Assembly (NCBI GenBank): GCA_017470645.1
Contig: JAFUYJ010000023.1
Location: forward strand, 34,767 to 98,766
Source of the DNA: Clostridia bacterium
Lineage (GTDB): Bacteria; Bacillota; Clostridia; TANB77; CAG-508
Length of the DNA: 64,000 bases
Reading direction: 5' to 3'
Positions 19,458 through 28,996 of this stretch are shown here, one piece after another. Every line of letters starts with the position of its first letter. Positions within the stretch are counted from its first letter, which is position 1. A program made the translations under genes and the position numbers. The notes beneath the pieces were generated by a model that was given only the letters and a program-made list of their open reading frames with translations, did no database searches and was not told the DNA's origin.

Positions 19458-19865
19458 TTATCTCTTTGAGAATTGTGGTGCACGTCTTGCTTTCTTTAAA
19501 CCATATTTCTTTCTTTCTTTCATACGAGGATCTCTTGTTAAGAAACCTGCTGATTTTAATGTTGGTCTAAATTCTCCATTAGCTTGTAATAAAGCTCTTG
19601 AAATACCATGACGGATAGCTCCAGCTTGACCTGTGAATCCACCACCGATAACTTTACAAATTACATCATATTTTGTAACAGTGTCTGTAGCTGTTAATGG
19701 TTGTCTTACTATAACTTTTAAAGTTTCAGCACCGAAATATTCATCTATATCTCTACCATTAATTGTTATAACACCTGTTCCTTCAACTAATCTAACTCTT
19801 GCAATTGATTTTTTTCTTCTTCCTGTACCGTAGAAAACTATTTTTTCTGATTTTGCTTTAGGCAT
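19458..19865 (-). CDS. rpsI: 30S ribosomal protein S9
   Basis: [15 protein letters not shown]...[19 protein letters not shown]...[27 protein letters not shown]. Confidence 0.95.
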   Translation of the reverse strand: MPKAKSEKIVFYGTGRRKKSIARVRLVEGTGVITINGRDIDEYFGAETLKVIVRQPLTATDTVTKYDVICKVIGGGFTGQAGAIRHGISRALLQANGEFRPTLKSAGFLTRDPRMKERKKYGLKKARRAPQFSKR

Positions 19866-19891
19866 TTTTTATTTCCTCCCTTAATAATAAA

Positions 19892-20326
19892 TTAGAAATT
19901 CCAAATTTCTGGTTTTTGTGCTGCGTTGTCATGTTCGCTACCAGCATAAATTCTTACTTTTTTAAGCATTTGTCTTCCTAATGAATTTTTAGGAAGCATT
20001 CCTTTGATTGCTAACATCATAGCTTTTTCTGGATTTTTCTCCATCATTACTCTAGCAGTAGTTTCTTTCATACCACCAATGTATCCTGAATGATGTCTGT
20101 AAATTTTTTGATCTAATTTTTTTCCTGTGAAGATAGCTTCACTTGCGTTTAGTATAATAACGTGATCTCCTGCATCCATGTTTGGTGTATAAGTTGGTTT
20201 GTGTTTTCCTCTTAATAATTTAGCAGCTTCTGTTGCTACTCTACCTAATGGTTTGTTTGCAGCATCAATTATATACCATTTTCTTTCGATTTCATTTCCT
20301 TTTAATACGTATGTTGTGTTATTCAT
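19892..20326 (-). CDS. rplM: 50S ribosomal protein L13
   Basis: [46 protein letters not shown]...HHSGYIGG. Start moved to the ATG at 20324-20326 after GGAGGG. Confidence 0.95.
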   Translation of the reverse strand: MNNTTYVLKGNEIERKWYIIDAANKPLGRVATEAAKLLRGKHKPTYTPNMDAGDHVIILNASEAIFTGKKLDQKIYRHHSGYIGGMKETTARVMMEKNPEKAMMLAIKGMLPKNSLGRQMLKKVRIYAGSEHDNAAQKPEIWNF

Positions 20327-20581
20327 GGTAAAAATTACCCTCCATTTCATAAAATAATTTAATTTATATATGAAACTTAAAGTGAAACTACCGGGGAGAA
20401 GTTTGCCTTCAAGTCATATGTCAATTTAATTGCTTTACTATTTTATAACATATTATGGCAAAAGTCAAGAGTATAAGCGAAGAAAATTCAATTTATGTTA
20501 TTTTAAATAATAATGTTGAAAATTTACATAAATTTGATATAATGATTGTAATAAATAACAGAGTACAGAAGGTGATAATAA

Positions 20582-21211
20582 ATGAAAAAATCAGATGTAA
20601 TAAAGATTATTCAGATATTAAAAGAATATTATCCAGATGCTACATGTAGCCTAGACTTTGAAACACCTTTTCAAATGGTGGTAGCAGTAATGCTGTCGGC
20701 TCAATGTACTGACGAGCGTGTGAATAAAACAACACCAAACCTTTTCAAAAAATACGGAACACCAGAAGCAGTGTGCAAAATGAAATTATCAGAATTAGAA
20801 AAAATAATTCATCCATGTGGGTTTTATAAAAACAAAGCTAAAAATATTAAAGCTACAGCTGAAATGATAGTAAAAGATTATAATGGGGTTGTTCCAAATA
20901 CTATGGAAGAACTAATGAAGTTGCCTGGAGTAGGCAGAAAAAGTGCAAATGTTGTAATGCTAGAGGCATATAACTCACCACAAGGGATTGCGGTAGATAC
21001 TCATGCCAAACGTATTGCAAATAAAATTGGTCTTTCAAAAAATTCGAATCCTGAAAAAATTGAGCAAGATTTATTGAAGGTTATTCCTAAAGAATACTAC
21101 TATGATGTTAATCACTTATTAGTATGGCATGGAAGAAAAACATGTGTGGCGAGAGCACCAAAATGTAGTGAGTGCCCAATTAATGAATATTGTAAGAATA
21201 GGGAGAAATAG
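20582..21211 (+). CDS. nth: Endonuclease III
   Basis: PFQMVVAVMLSAQCTDERVN, LPGVGRKSANVV, DTHAKRI, and the C-terminal Fe-S cluster C..C..C...C (CVARAPKCSECPINEYC). Confidence 0.9.
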   Translation: MKKSDVIKIIQILKEYYPDATCSLDFETPFQMVVAVMLSAQCTDERVNKTTPNLFKKYGTPEAVCKMKLSELEKIIHPCGFYKNKAKNIKATAEMIVKDYNGVVPNTMEELMKLPGVGRKSANVVMLEAYNSPQGIAVDTHAKRIANKIGLSKNSNPEKIEQDLLKVIPKEYYYDVNHLLVWHGRKTCVARAPKCSECPINEYCKNREK

Positions 21212-21258
21212 TGGATAAATTTAATAAAAATATTGATTTATGAAAGGGGGATTTATTA

Positions 21259-22248
21259 TTGAACAAAATAAACAAAAAGGAATTGCATGAAATATTTGAA
21301 AACTTAAGAAATAAGAATCAAAATGCATATAACAAACTGTACGAAAATTATTATGACCTAATTTATGGAATAGTTTTTTCTTTTATCAAAAATAAATATG
21401 ATTCTGAAGATTTAACCCACGAAATATTCACTAAAATTTATAAATTAGATGTTAGTAAATTGCCAACAAATAATGAAGCAAGCTGGTTGTTTACTGTTAG
21501 TAAAAATGAGTGTTTTCTTCATCTAAGAAAAGCTAAACCTAATATAAGCATGAATGAAATTTATGAAATGCCTGATAATGCAAGTGGGATAGATAATGTT
21601 ATAGATAGTGAGTACTATAATAATTTAATGAACGGATTAAAAGAAGACGAAAAAATGATAGTTTCCTTAAAGGTACTTTCAGATTTTACTTTTAAAAAGA
21701 TTTCGCAAGTTATGAATATTCCTATTGGTACTGTTCAGTGGAAATATTATAATGCTATTAATAGCTTAAGAATATCAATAGGAAGCTTAGTTGGAGCTGT
21801 AATTGCATTTGCTATTGTTCTTGCAAGAGGAGAATTTTGGAAAGAAAAACCATATTTGAATGATAGAGAAAATAGGGAATATGACAAAAATACGGAGATT
21901 AATCAAGACACCGAAGTTAATCAGGAGAGTGCAGAGAATAAAGAAATAGATGATGTTGATTTAAAAGATAACAGCAAGAGTGAAAATATTGAGAATAACA
22001 GTTCTAATATTGAAACTAATGAAGCAACTAATAGTGAAAAAGAAGAAAAGCCACAGGACAATTCTGAAATTTCGAATGACACTTCAACTGTAACATCATA
22101 TAATGAGCCTGTAATTTCAGCTAATAAAAAGACATCAATAGACGAAGTACAAGCTGTTTTGATAGTAGTGGGAATTGTACTTTTTACAATTTTTATAATT
22201 TTTTTCAAAAAATACCAACAAAAACTAAAAAAGAAATCATCTAAATAA
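21259..22248 (+). CDS. ECF-type sigma-70 family factor fused to a C-terminal two-TM membrane tether
   Basis: Region 2 (DSEDLTHEIFTKIYK, WLFTVSKNECFLHLRK) and region 4 (FTFKKISQVMNIPIGTVQWKYYNAINSLR). Then TM1 (ISIGSLVGAVIAFAIVLA), an acidic E/N/D/S-rich linker of about 105 aa, TM2 (VQAVLIVVGIVLFTIFIIFF) and a basic tail. TTG start after AAAGGGGGA. Confidence 0.7.
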   Translation: MNKINKKELHEIFENLRNKNQNAYNKLYENYYDLIYGIVFSFIKNKYDSEDLTHEIFTKIYKLDVSKLPTNNEASWLFTVSKNECFLHLRKAKPNISMNEIYEMPDNASGIDNVIDSEYYNNLMNGLKEDEKMIVSLKVLSDFTFKKISQVMNIPIGTVQWKYYNAINSLRISIGSLVGAVIAFAIVLARGEFWKEKPYLNDRENREYDKNTEINQDTEVNQESAENKEIDDVDLKDNSKSENIENNSSNIETNEATNSEKEEKPQDNSEISNDTSTVTSYNEPVISANKKTSIDEVQAVLIVVGIVLFTIFIIFFKKYQQKLKKKSSK

Positions 22249-22300
22249 TAGATGACGCAAACAGAGAATAATCTGTTTGTATCATAAAGGAGGTATTTAG

Positions 22301-24169
22301 ATGAAAAAGAAAAAAACAATTTTAATAGTAGTATCAATAATTATTATACTATGCATATTAGGTGGAGGATTTGCGGTTTTCTGGTTTAGATTTGATGGTG
22401 CGAAAAATTGGAAAATTGGAAGAGAAAATAATCCAGAGAATGTTCAAATAAAAAAAGAAAATTTAATTGATGATTGGAGTTACAATGCACCTGAATATGC
22501 CTATGAGGATTACTCAATGGTAACATCTTCAGAAACAGCAGTTAGCGGTAGTGCAAAATCAATAAACAGTTCTTTTAGCACAAGCGATTCTAACCTTGGT
22601 TTTTCAGTTGGTGGGGCAAAAAATATAGACAATTTCAGAGAAAATATAAAAAATGGATATTTACCGATATCAACTGATATAACATATAATGGATTATTTT
22701 ATGATTATTATTTTGATACAGGGCGTAGCAAAGAAAATGAAAATTCAACAGAAATGTTTTATCCAACATATAGTAAGGCAATTTCGAAAGATCCAATTTC
22801 TGGATATTCAGAGTATTATATGACTGTTGGACTAAATTCTAATATTAAGGAAAGCGATTTTCAAAGAAAAAAATTAAATACAGTTATTGTAATGGATATT
22901 TCAGGTTCAATGTCATCAGGATTTAACGATTATTATTATGGAGGACAAACTGCGTTCCTTAAAGATGTAATAGGTGATAATAAAAGTAAAATGCAAATTG
23001 CAAATGAATCATTAAATGGTTTGATTGACGAATTAAAACCAGAAGATAGGCTTGGAATTGTATTATTTGATAATACGTCATATTTAGCAAAACCAGTAAG
23101 TTTAGTTGGCGAAACAGATATAGATAAATTAAAAGGACATATTTTGGAGATAAATCCTCGTGGTGGAACAAATTTTGAAGCGGGTTATACAAAAGGAACC
23201 GAACTATTTACTTCAGAAATGCTTAATAATGAAGAGTATGATAATAGAATAATTGTAATAACAGATGCTATGCCTAATTTAGGAAACAGTTCAAAAGAAG
23301 GTTTAACAAAGTATGTAAAAGAAAATGCAGATATTGGTATTTATACTACATTTGTTGGAGTTGGAGTTGACTTTAATACAGAGGTAATTGAATGTTTATC
23401 AGATGTGAAAGGAGCTAATTACTACTCAGTTCATAATTCTGAAGAGTTAAAGAAAACGTTAAAGGATGAGTTTGATTATATGGTAACACCTTTAGTATTT
23501 GACTTGGAATTAAAGTTAGATTCTAATGAGTTTTCAATTGCTAACGTCTATGGATCAGACACAAAAGATAACTCTTCAAATACAATCATGAAGGTAAATA
23601 CTTTATTCCCATCAAGTAGTAATGCTGAAGGCGAAGTTAAAGGTGGAGTTATTTTATTAAAATTAAGTCCACTTATGTATACAACAGAGTATACTGGGCC
23701 AAGGGATTTAGAAACAAATATAGTGGTTTCATACAAAGACAAAGATGGTAAAGTACATCAAAATAAACAAAAAGTATCTTTTGATAACAGGATTGAAGAA
23801 AATTATGATAACACAGGAATTAGAAAAGCTATAGTTTTATCAAGATATGCAAATCTAATGAAAGACTGGATATTGTACGAAAGAATGAATCAAACAGAAA
23901 AGAATCTTGATGTTATTTATAATGAAAATAAGAACAAATTATTAGTAACAAGTGAAACAGGAGTTATAGACTGCCCTTATATAGATGTTGAAGACGTTAG
24001 AGGACTATTAAATCAAAATGAAAGACAATCTCAAGCTTTGAATGTTAGCAAGGAATATGTTTATACTTTATTGAAATTCAAAAATTATATGAAGAGTGAA
24101 ATTAAAGAATTAGGTGATAATGAAATGAATCAGGAAATTGAGATTCTTGATTTACTTGTTAAGGAATAA
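22301..24169 (+). CDS. Membrane-anchored von Willebrand factor A (vWA) domain protein, YfbK-like
   Basis: N-terminal TM. FSVGGAKNIDNFRENIKNGYLPISTDITYNGLFYDYYFD resembles the vWA N-terminal module. MIDAS motif VIVMDISGSMS, then GGTNFEAG and ITDAMPNLG. Long C-terminal beta region. Confidence 0.75.
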   Translation: MKKKKTILIVVSIIIILCILGGGFAVFWFRFDGAKNWKIGRENNPENVQIKKENLIDDWSYNAPEYAYEDYSMVTSSETAVSGSAKSINSSFSTSDSNLGFSVGGAKNIDNFRENIKNGYLPISTDITYNGLFYDYYFDTGRSKENENSTEMFYPTYSKAISKDPISGYSEYYMTVGLNSNIKESDFQRKKLNTVIVMDISGSMSSGFNDYYYGGQTAFLKDVIGDNKSKMQIANESLNGLIDELKPEDRLGIVLFDNTSYLAKPVSLVGETDIDKLKGHILEINPRGGTNFEAGYTKGTELFTSEMLNNEEYDNRIIVITDAMPNLGNSSKEGLTKYVKENADIGIYTTFVGVGVDFNTEVIECLSDVKGANYYSVHNSEELKKTLKDEFDYMVTPLVFDLELKLDSNEFSIANVYGSDTKDNSSNTIMKVNTLFPSSSNAEGEVKGGVILLKLSPLMYTTEYTGPRDLETNIVVSYKDKDGKVHQNKQKVSFDNRIEENYDNTGIRKAIVLSRYANLMKDWILYERMNQTEKNLDVIYNENKNKLLVTSETGVIDCPYIDVEDVRGLLNQNERQSQALNVSKEYVYTLLKFKNYMKSEIKELGDNEMNQEIEILDLLVKE

Positions 24170-24181
24170 AATTTAAAATTT

Positions 24182-24225
24182 GGGAAGATCCTTTTTGTCA
24201 AATTTTTGAAAAAAGGACCTTCCCT
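24182..24225. repeat. Family-A palindromic repeat, degenerate copy; terminator between convergent genes
   Basis: GGGAAGATCCTTTTTGTCAAATTTTTGAAAAAAGGACCTTCCC. Collinear with 16891-16950, including the loop AAATTTTTG. Confidence 0.7.
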
Positions 24226-24229
24226 TATT

Positions 24230-25090
24230 TTAAATATTATAAATATTACTATCTAAGCAAAGCCTAGCTCTTTTTTCACTTTTTCCACCAGCTTTTATAG
24301 ATTCTTCAATAAAATCTGGGTGAGCAATTAAAAAGTTTCTCATTGTTTCATCAGGATTTTCTTTAAATTTCTTTAAAGTGTCTAATTGAGCTTCATTAAT
24401 TATATTTAGTTCTAAAGCTTTTTCAAATAGAGAATTATCAACATTAATTAAGGCAAATGATGTAACTCCAGCTTCTTTTAATGCTTCTGTTCCGCCTTGC
24501 ATTCTGTCAACAGCAACTAAACTCCATTTTAAATTTCCACCTAAATCTTTTATAGCAGGAATCCATGCACGTAGGTAGCTTGATGCAACATTTAGCAAAT
24601 CAGCAACGTGTAAAACGTTTTTATTAGATAAATCAGTTATATCAGTTGTTGAACTAAAATCTGAAGTACTACAAGCTAAAGATAAGTCCTTGAAAATTGT
24701 AATGTGAGGTTTTTCAAGTAAGTTAGCCACCATATTAGAGAAGAACCAGTCTCTTCTTTCACCACCAGAGATGTAGTTAATTTCTGATACGTCAATATTA
24801 TTTTTTACAAAAGAAATAAATTCATCGATAGTTGTTTTATAAATTTCATTTGAATTATATTGTGCTAAAGTTTTTTCAAAAACATCTTTTGGTAAGTCAT
24901 ATTTTGAAGCGTTTTCTAACTCGTCATCAATAAATGCAAGTAAAGCGTTTGCATCGTCCTCACTTCCATACAAAAATTGAGCATTCATGAAATAAGGTCC
25001 TATTTTTCCAGATGTGTACCAAAATGGATTATCTTCAGGGCTTATTTTGAATGCATTTGTTTGAAATAAATATGTAATAATGTTGCTCAT
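24230..25090 (-). CDS. Orotate phosphoribosyltransferase-like (type I PRTase fold) protein with an inserted helical segment
   Basis: LFQTNAFKISPEDNPFWYTSGKIGPYFMN resembles the PyrE N-terminus. ISGGERRDWFFS and VLHVADLLNVASSY resemble the PRPP loop. VAVDRMQGGTEALKEAG. 286 aa is longer than canonical PyrE. Confidence 0.45.
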   Translation of the reverse strand: MSNIITYLFQTNAFKISPEDNPFWYTSGKIGPYFMNAQFLYGSEDDANALLAFIDDELENASKYDLPKDVFEKTLAQYNSNEIYKTTIDEFISFVKNNIDVSEINYISGGERRDWFFSNMVANLLEKPHITIFKDLSLACSTSDFSSTTDITDLSNKNVLHVADLLNVASSYLRAWIPAIKDLGGNLKWSLVAVDRMQGGTEALKEAGVTSFALINVDNSLFEKALELNIINEAQLDTLKKFKENPDETMRNFLIAHPDFIEESIKAGGKSEKRARLCLDSNIYNI

Positions 25091-25275
25091 AGTTCGTCAT
25101 CCTTTCTTATTTTATTTTGATGTATTTGTATTACGGTCAATTTGCTAAAACAATATTAATTTATTTGATGACAAAAGTCAATAGTTAGAAAACTAAGAAA
25201 AAAAGTTAACAATTCACTAAAAATGTAAGATAATCAAGCTACTTGAGCAACGTTTTAAAATAATCAAAAAAATTG

Positions 25276-25304
25276 TTGAAATTTGTAAATTGCAATGTTA
25301 TAAT
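25276..25304 (+). promoter_or_regulatory. Sigma-A promoter of the ThyX-like gene
   Basis: TTGAAA, exactly 17 nt, TATAAT. Located 55 nt upstream of the ATG. Confidence 0.5.
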
Positions 25305-25359
25305 TCGAGTAATCTGTGAAAAGCAGTATATATTATAATTCACAAAGGAGATGTAAGCT

Positions 25360-26505
25360 ATGCAAATTAAGGTTCTAGCATCAACCAAAGTAGGTTACGA
25401 GATGCCAAAAGAGGAGGCTGTTAACTTTTCAGGTAAGTCTGCCGGAATTTGTTATATGCCAGATAGCTTAGATACACTGTTTAGCGAGGATGAAGCAAAA
25501 ACAGAGAGAAGAGCTAAAGGAACATTGGCGTCAGGACATCACAGTGTTTTCGGACATGTGACGTATAATTTGGCGTTGGAGGGAATTCCTAAGATTCTTG
25601 CTATGGTTTTGAATAATGAGAAGATGTATAACACCTCAGAAAAATCAGCAAGATACACCAAAATGGAGCCTTCTGAAAAGGAAAAAGAATTATATGAAAA
25701 ATGGATCAAGATTTATCAAGAAGCAATCCAGGAAAAATATCCTGAAATCGATGAAAAAAAGGTCAAAAAGCTTGCAATGGAGAATGCCAGATATCTGATA
25801 AGTGTCTTCACTCCTGCAACAACAATGGAGTACACCGTTAATTTTGGCCAATTGAACTATATTGCGCATTGGTTCGAAAGATTCATAAAAGAAGCACCAG
25901 ATACACCGTTTAACACTAGGCTAAAAAAGGTGTTTGCTGAGTTCAATGAAGAAATCAGCAATTTGTTAGTTCCAGAGCTTAACTCTGATGCTAAAGGAAG
26001 AACACTTTCACTATTTGCACAGAGGAAAAGAGCAGAGGAGTTTGGTGAAAATTACTGCGTAAATTACGAAGGAACATTTGCAGAACTTGCTCAGGCTCAA
26101 AGACATCGTACACTATATTATGAAATCTTCATTCCTGAAGAACATAAATATTTTGTACCGCCAATTATCAGAGGAACAGACTTTGAAGAGGAATGGTTGA
26201 AAGACATTTCTTCTCTTGATGCAGAGTTTCCACAGGGCTTGATGTTAGAAATCAACGAAAGAGGTACTGTTGAAAACTTCATTATGAAATGTCAAGAGAG
26301 ATTGTGTGGTGCGGCTCAGCTTGAGATTGCATTGCAGACAAAGGAAATCCTTGATAGGTATATGCTAAGCACTAAAGATTCTAAGAAAGAAATCTATGAG
26401 TACTTATTACCTTTTTCAAAGGGGGCAAGATGTACATTTCCTGGATTCCGTTGCACAGCACCATGTATGTGGGGAGCTAAGCGTGGAATTGATAGACAAA
26501 TTTAG
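25360..26505 (+). CDS. Divergent ThyX-like (flavin-dependent thymidylate synthase family) protein
   Basis: SGHHSVFGHVTYNLALEGIPKILAMVLN..SEKSARYT parallels the ThyX sgHeSvlEH..f.ieGiSR....SqRY pattern but lacks RHR there. An RHR occurs later (AQAQRHRTL). NARYLIS..T. AQLEIALQTKEIL. 381 aa is longer than typical ThyX. Confidence 0.4.
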   Translation: MQIKVLASTKVGYEMPKEEAVNFSGKSAGICYMPDSLDTLFSEDEAKTERRAKGTLASGHHSVFGHVTYNLALEGIPKILAMVLNNEKMYNTSEKSARYTKMEPSEKEKELYEKWIKIYQEAIQEKYPEIDEKKVKKLAMENARYLISVFTPATTMEYTVNFGQLNYIAHWFERFIKEAPDTPFNTRLKKVFAEFNEEISNLLVPELNSDAKGRTLSLFAQRKRAEEFGENYCVNYEGTFAELAQAQRHRTLYYEIFIPEEHKYFVPPIIRGTDFEEEWLKDISSLDAEFPQGLMLEINERGTVENFIMKCQERLCGAAQLEIALQTKEILDRYMLSTKDSKKEIYEYLLPFSKGARCTFPGFRCTAPCMWGAKRGIDRQI

Positions 26506-26533
26506 TCTGATGACAAAATTACAAAATGTATGC

Positions 26534-26567
26534 AAAAGATGCAGGAATTTATTTTCCTGCATCTTTT
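26534..26567. terminator. Bidirectional rho-independent terminator
   Basis: AAAAGATGCAGGAA-tttatt-TTCCTGCATCTTTT, between convergent genes. Confidence 0.8.
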
Positions 26568-26616
26568 GAAGTTTTATTGTATTGAAGTTATTTTGAATTA
26601 ATGTAACGCATGAATA

Positions 26617-26910
26617 CTATGAAATTTTCTTTCCTTGCAAATTAAAATTTCCCATGTTAGTCTGAGCTGCTAAATTCAAAACATCTCCTTGAACATTTCC
26701 AACAATAGTATATTGAATATTCATCATACCAGCAGCAATTTTTCCTTTAAGTGACAAATTATTTCCATTAACAACTCCATTATTAAATTCATTTCTTTTT
26801 CCCATAACATCAACGTAGCCACTTAATATAGCCCCACTAGTAATCAATTTAACTAAAGCTTTAATGTTACCCATTGGTGATTTTATATTAAACTCATACA
26901 ATCCATCCAT
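26617..26910 (-). CDS. Hypothetical 97-aa beta-rich protein
   Basis: Strong ribosome-binding site (AGGAGG, 8 nt, ATG). G/N-rich sequence of alternating polarity. No family recognised. Confidence 0.5.
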   Translation of the reverse strand: MDGLYEFNIKSPMGNIKALVKLITSGAILSGYVDVMGKRNEFNNGVVNGNNLSLKGKIAAGMMNIQYTIVGNVQGDVLNLAAQTNMGNFNLQGKKIS

Positions 26911-27086
26911 AAAAATATACCTCCTATTTTTCTAAGTATATGCCTCAAGATACTAATTGTGAACAAAAAAATCAAATTTTACAAAGTGTTAGTAAAAACT
27001 ATTTTGAAAAAATTAGTTGCAACAATAGACATCAGAGTCGTTTTATGATATAAAAAAATAGTAACAATAGCAATAAAAAATAAAGG

Positions 27087-28979
27087 GTGTTTCAAGTGGA
27101 AGAAGTTTTAAAAAATATAAATGGTGTAAAAGATTTAAAAAAATTAAAAATAAAAGAAAAGAAAAAATTAGCTGAAGAATTAAGAGAAAAAATATTAGAT
27201 ATTGTATCAAAAAATGGAGGTCATTTGGCTTCAAACCTCGGAGTGGTGGAACTTACAATAGCATTACATAGCGTATTTAATACTCCAAGAGATTCAATAA
27301 TTTGGGATGTTGGACATCAAACTTATGTACATAAAATTTTAACTGGAAGAAAAAATCAAATGGATACACTTAGAAAATTTAACGGAATAGCAGGTTTTCC
27401 AAAAACATCTGAATCTGAATTTGATTGCTTTAACACAGGACACAGTTCAACATCAATATCTGTCGCTCTAGGAATGGCAAGGGCAAATAAGCTTGATGAC
27501 AGGAAAAACAAAGTTATTGCTGTAATAGGTGATGGAGCTCTAACAGGCGGAATGGCACAAGAAGCTTTGAATGATGCGGGAAGTAGTAATTCAGATATTA
27601 CAGTTATTTTAAATGATAATGAAATGAGCATCTCAAAAAATGTTGGTGGGATGACGTATTTTCTAAGCAAATTAAGAACAAAAAGGTTTTATACTAGAAC
27701 TAATAGTAGGGTTAAAAGATTATTTTTAAGAATTCCAAAAGTTGGAAAAAGCATAGTTAAGGCTGCTCAAAGGATGAAAAGAAGCATAAAGCAAATGTTT
27801 ATTCCAAAAATGTATTACGAAGATATAGGCTTTACATACTTAGGACCAGTTGACGGACACGATATTGAAAAATTAGAAAGTGTATTAAGAACAAGTAAAT
27901 TGATAGACGGACCAGTTTTGATTCATGTTATAACTAAAAAAGGAAAAGGATATAAAATAGCTGAAGAAAATCCAGATAAATTTCATAGTACGTCAAGTTT
28001 TGATATTCAAACAGGTAAGTTAAAAAAAGAAAAAAAGGATGATTATTCAAAAATATTTGGAAGAAAGCTTGTTGAATTAGCAAAAAAAGATGAAAAAATA
28101 GTTGCCGTATCTGCTGCAATGATCGATGGAACAGGTCTTAAAGAGTTTAAAAAACAATTTCCTGAAAGAACTTTTGATGTAGGAATTGCAGAACAGCATG
28201 CATTAGGAATGGCTGCAGGCATGGCTAAAAAAGGATATAAACCTGTTGTTCCAATATATTCTTCTTTCTATCAAAGGGCGTACGATCAAGTTATTCATGA
28301 TATTTGTATTCAAAATTTACCAGTAGTGATGTGCGTAGATAGAGCAGGTATTGTAGGAAATGACGGAGAGACACATCAAGGTCTTTTTGATATGGCGTTT
28401 TTCTCATTAATACCGAATATTACAATTATGGCACCAAAGAATTTTGAAGAACTTGAAAAAATGCTTGAGTTTGCTATAAATTTAAATTCACCGGTGGTAA
28501 TTAGATATCCAAGAGGTGGAGAAGGTGAAACGAAATTTGAAAAATGTGAAGATATAAAATTGGGCAGAGCTGAAATTATCAAGGAAGGCGAAGATTTGAC
28601 AATTGTAGCTATTGGAAAAATGGTTGAAAGAGCTATTGAAGTTAGCGAGATATTGAAAGAACAAGATATAGATTGTGAGGTTATTAACGCTAGATTTTTA
28701 AAGCCATTAGATTCATATACTATTGAACGTTCTATTAGAAAGACTAAAAATGTTATAACTATAGAAGATGGAATATTACGAGGTGGCTTGGGAACAAGCG
28801 TTATAGAACTAATTAATGAATGTAAGATTGATGGAGTACATGCTAAATCTTATGGGTATGATGATTCTTTTGTACAACATGGCAGTGTTGATGAACTTGA
28901 AAAGTTACACGGATTGGACGCGAAAAGTATCGCTTTAAGTATACAAATAAGTCGATTTATGTCGAACGAAATATTGTAA
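27087..28979 (+). CDS. dxs: 1-deoxy-D-xylulose-5-phosphate synthase
   Basis: GGHLASNLGVVELTIALH, WDVGHQTYVHKILTGR, GDGALTGGMAQEALN, DVGIAEQHA. The start is ambiguous between GTG 27087 and GTG 27096. Confidence 0.9.
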   Translation: MFQVEEVLKNINGVKDLKKLKIKEKKKLAEELREKILDIVSKNGGHLASNLGVVELTIALHSVFNTPRDSIIWDVGHQTYVHKILTGRKNQMDTLRKFNGIAGFPKTSESEFDCFNTGHSSTSISVALGMARANKLDDRKNKVIAVIGDGALTGGMAQEALNDAGSSNSDITVILNDNEMSISKNVGGMTYFLSKLRTKRFYTRTNSRVKRLFLRIPKVGKSIVKAAQRMKRSIKQMFIPKMYYEDIGFTYLGPVDGHDIEKLESVLRTSKLIDGPVLIHVITKKGKGYKIAEENPDKFHSTSSFDIQTGKLKKEKKDDYSKIFGRKLVELAKKDEKIVAVSAAMIDGTGLKEFKKQFPERTFDVGIAEQHALGMAAGMAKKGYKPVVPIYSSFYQRAYDQVIHDICIQNLPVVMCVDRAGIVGNDGETHQGLFDMAFFSLIPNITIMAPKNFEELEKMLEFAINLNSPVVIRYPRGGEGETKFEKCEDIKLGRAEIIKEGEDLTIVAIGKMVERAIEVSEILKEQDIDCEVINARFLKPLDSYTIERSIRKTKNVITIEDGILRGGLGTSVIELINECKIDGVHAKSYGYDDSFVQHGSVDELEKLHGLDAKSIALSIQISRFMSNEIL

Positions 28980-28996
28980 AATAAACAAAAAATATA

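Noticed and set aside
20327-20460. A possible L13 ribosomal-protein leader upstream of rplM (minus strand), with small hairpins such as GAAGGCAAACTTC.
   Set aside because: I cannot recall the covariance model well enough to match it by eye, and the stems are short. It needs an Rfam scan.
25314-25347. An inverted repeat TGTGAA-N22-TTCACA between the ThyX-like promoter and its ribosome-binding site, as a possible operator.
   Set aside because: The half-sites are only 6 bp in AT-rich sequence and the spacing is unusual. That is not enough evidence to call a regulatory site.
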